A stretch of 64,000 nucleotides of DNA, taken from positions 1,248,001-1,312,000 of the forward strand of contig CAVZQN010000004.1 in assembly GCA_963777505.1 (NCBI GenBank), written 5' to 3'. The notes under the pieces are model-generated. The model was given only the letters and a program-made list of their open reading frames with translations, was not told the DNA's origin and did not search any database. A program made the translations under genes and the position numbers. Below, piece by piece: positions 62,461 through 64,000 of this stretch (its first letter is position 1; every line of letters starts with the position of its first letter). This stretch comes from an uncultured bacterium (GTDB lineage Bacteria; Acidobacteriota; HRBIN11; JAKEFK01).

Positions 62461-63139
62461 TCGTTTTCGAGAATTAATTGTTTCAAATATTTGCGGTGAA
62501 CTTGAAGGTGAAGAAGAGCTGCAACTCCGGCAGCATCTGGAACATTGCGAAGAATGCCGTAATGAGCATTCAGAATTCGGCGCAATTTCAAGTTTAATGC
62601 GTCAAATTCCACGCCGTGATCTGGATGAAAGACTTCGGATCCGTGAACTTTTACGCCGTGATCAAAAATGGAAAACCATTGTATTTAGCAAAGCTGCAAT
62701 CTGGGTTGTAGTCCTCACTGGATTTTTGAGTGTTCTTACATTTATGCCGGTTCATTGGGAAGTTTCTTCAAAACAATTTACACTTCGCTGGGGAAATGGA
62801 GATCAGCGAGAAGCCGAGTTGTCGGCAGAAATCAAGAAGATACATCAGCAACTTCAATCCATCCAACAGCAAAGTTCGAATTATCAAAATGTTTCTGAAA
62901 CACGATTTAAGCAGTTACTGAAACAGAACAATATGGAGCAGCAAAAGCTTTACTGGCAAACGCTTGAGATGTATACAAACTATTTGCAGCTTCAACATCA
63001 AGCAGATGTTCGAAAAATCCAGCACGACATCGCGACAACATATGATCGCACCGGTCAAGAAGTTGACCGTACAAATCAGCTGCTGGAATACGTTTTGAAG
63101 GCTTCAAATACCAGCGGTGGAGTATATGGCAATGAGTAA
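62450..63139 (+). CDS. zf-HC2 anti-sigma factor
   Basis: HLEHCEEC, TM helix, coiled coil; overlaps the sigma gene. Confidence 0.85.
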   Translation: MDCDRFRELIVSNICGELEGEEELQLRQHLEHCEECRNEHSEFGAISSLMRQIPRRDLDERLRIRELLRRDQKWKTIVFSKAAIWVVVLTGFLSVLTFMPVHWEVSSKQFTLRWGNGDQREAELSAEIKKIHQQLQSIQQQSSNYQNVSETRFKQLLKQNNMEQQKLYWQTLEMYTNYLQLQHQADVRKIQHDIATTYDRTGQEVDRTNQLLEYVLKASNTSGGVYGNE

Positions 63140-63974
63140 AATTGCGGCAGTGTTGATGTTGAGTGTGTTTTTAATTCCAGAATTGTTATGCGCTCAGGAA
63201 GAAATTGCGCCTTCTCTTGTGGAACCACAAGCCGTTCCCCAGGAGCGGTCGCTTGTAAAGTTACGCGATTTTCAAACCATCTTAATCACTTCTTTACGAC
63301 AAGAATTCCCGCGCCTGCCTGGCGTTTTTTATTCAGCACATTCATGCCGCTTGCCTGAATATGGACCGGTTGTTTCAATGACGCTTCAATTGCCAGTTAT
63401 TTATTTTACTCGCCCACTCATGCAGGAATTAGGACGCCGGCAGAAATTGGCAGAGGAACAGGCAAAGATTTTTCGATCTCAAATTGAGCGTGCAGCAACT
63501 GTAATCCGTCTGAAATCTAGGGAAGCTGAACTCGTTGAAAGGATCAATCTGGAGTTTGGAGCGAAAAAGAAAAGCAAAATCAGCTTGGATTCATTGCAAA
63601 CTGAACTTAATGAAGTAAGAAAAAACTTGGCGAATTTTGACCCGGGTGAAGCTTCTCCAAGTTCTCCTTCTTCGGAGTTGTTGTCAGAAGTAGACATGGA
63701 AGAAATGCTGGATTCAAGTTATCAGCAGTTAGTTGAAAAAATTACTTCAACAGTCAAAACTGTGCTGGCCGATAAAGCCGCTGTGCTTGCGGATCTTAAA
63801 GGCAACGAACGGATAACAATTACAGCCCATATTCGCGAAAGCTTTGTAAGCTCGCAGGAACGAAGCATTATTTTCACACTTCATCACACCGATATTGAGA
63901 GCTTCAGAACAGGTGTCTACGATCTAAAGGCACTCAAAGAAAAAATCGAAGTTCGTAACGAGCCCCCCGAGTAA
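63132..63974 (+). CDS. Secreted hypothetical protein in the sigma/anti-sigma operon
   Basis: Signal peptide, coiled coil; overlaps the anti-sigma stop. Confidence 0.7.
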   Translation: MSKIAAVLMLSVFLIPELLCAQEEIAPSLVEPQAVPQERSLVKLRDFQTILITSLRQEFPRLPGVFYSAHSCRLPEYGPVVSMTLQLPVIYFTRPLMQELGRRQKLAEEQAKIFRSQIERAATVIRLKSREAELVERINLEFGAKKKSKISLDSLQTELNEVRKNLANFDPGEASPSSPSSELLSEVDMEEMLDSSYQQLVEKITSTVKTVLADKAAVLADLKGNERITITAHIRESFVSSQERSIIFTLHHTDIESFRTGVYDLKALKEKIEVRNEPPE

Positions 63975-64000
63975 GATCTCTGAATCTTAGCGGTAAAATA

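Overview
Bacterial chromosomal window, probably Acidobacteriota (GWxTD protein, Acidobacteria-type VWA protein, kinase-TolB-TPR gene; this is inference). A tRNA-Leu(CAG) at 38549-38632 divides it in two. Right of the tRNA (38.7-64 kb) are intact housekeeping and envelope genes (gatC, gatA, scpA, nnr, tsaE, aceE, aceF, ECF sigma/anti-sigma), with REP-like repeats and apparently leaderless promoters. Left of it (1-38.5 kb) is a mosaic accessory region with many indel-broken genes and gene fragments. Main highlights: (1) a CxxU AhpD/CMD-like selenoprotein candidate missed by the ORF track (8355-8651, minus strand), with a SECIS-like hairpin, directly downstream of an arsR-arsC-aquaporin-arsI-sigZ arsenic cluster; (2) a tandem catalase-related heme protein plus lipoxygenase pair, next to epoxide hydrolase, ADH and enoyl-CoA hydratase genes and preceded by a perfect palindrome, a candidate oxylipin pathway; (3) a MarR-AraC fusion regulator with a recurring operator-like motif, in a 3.7 kb block bounded by 102-bp direct repeats; (4) an odd secreted-looking protein with a baseplate-like FGDG motif. 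All assignments are by eye from motifs; no searches were run.
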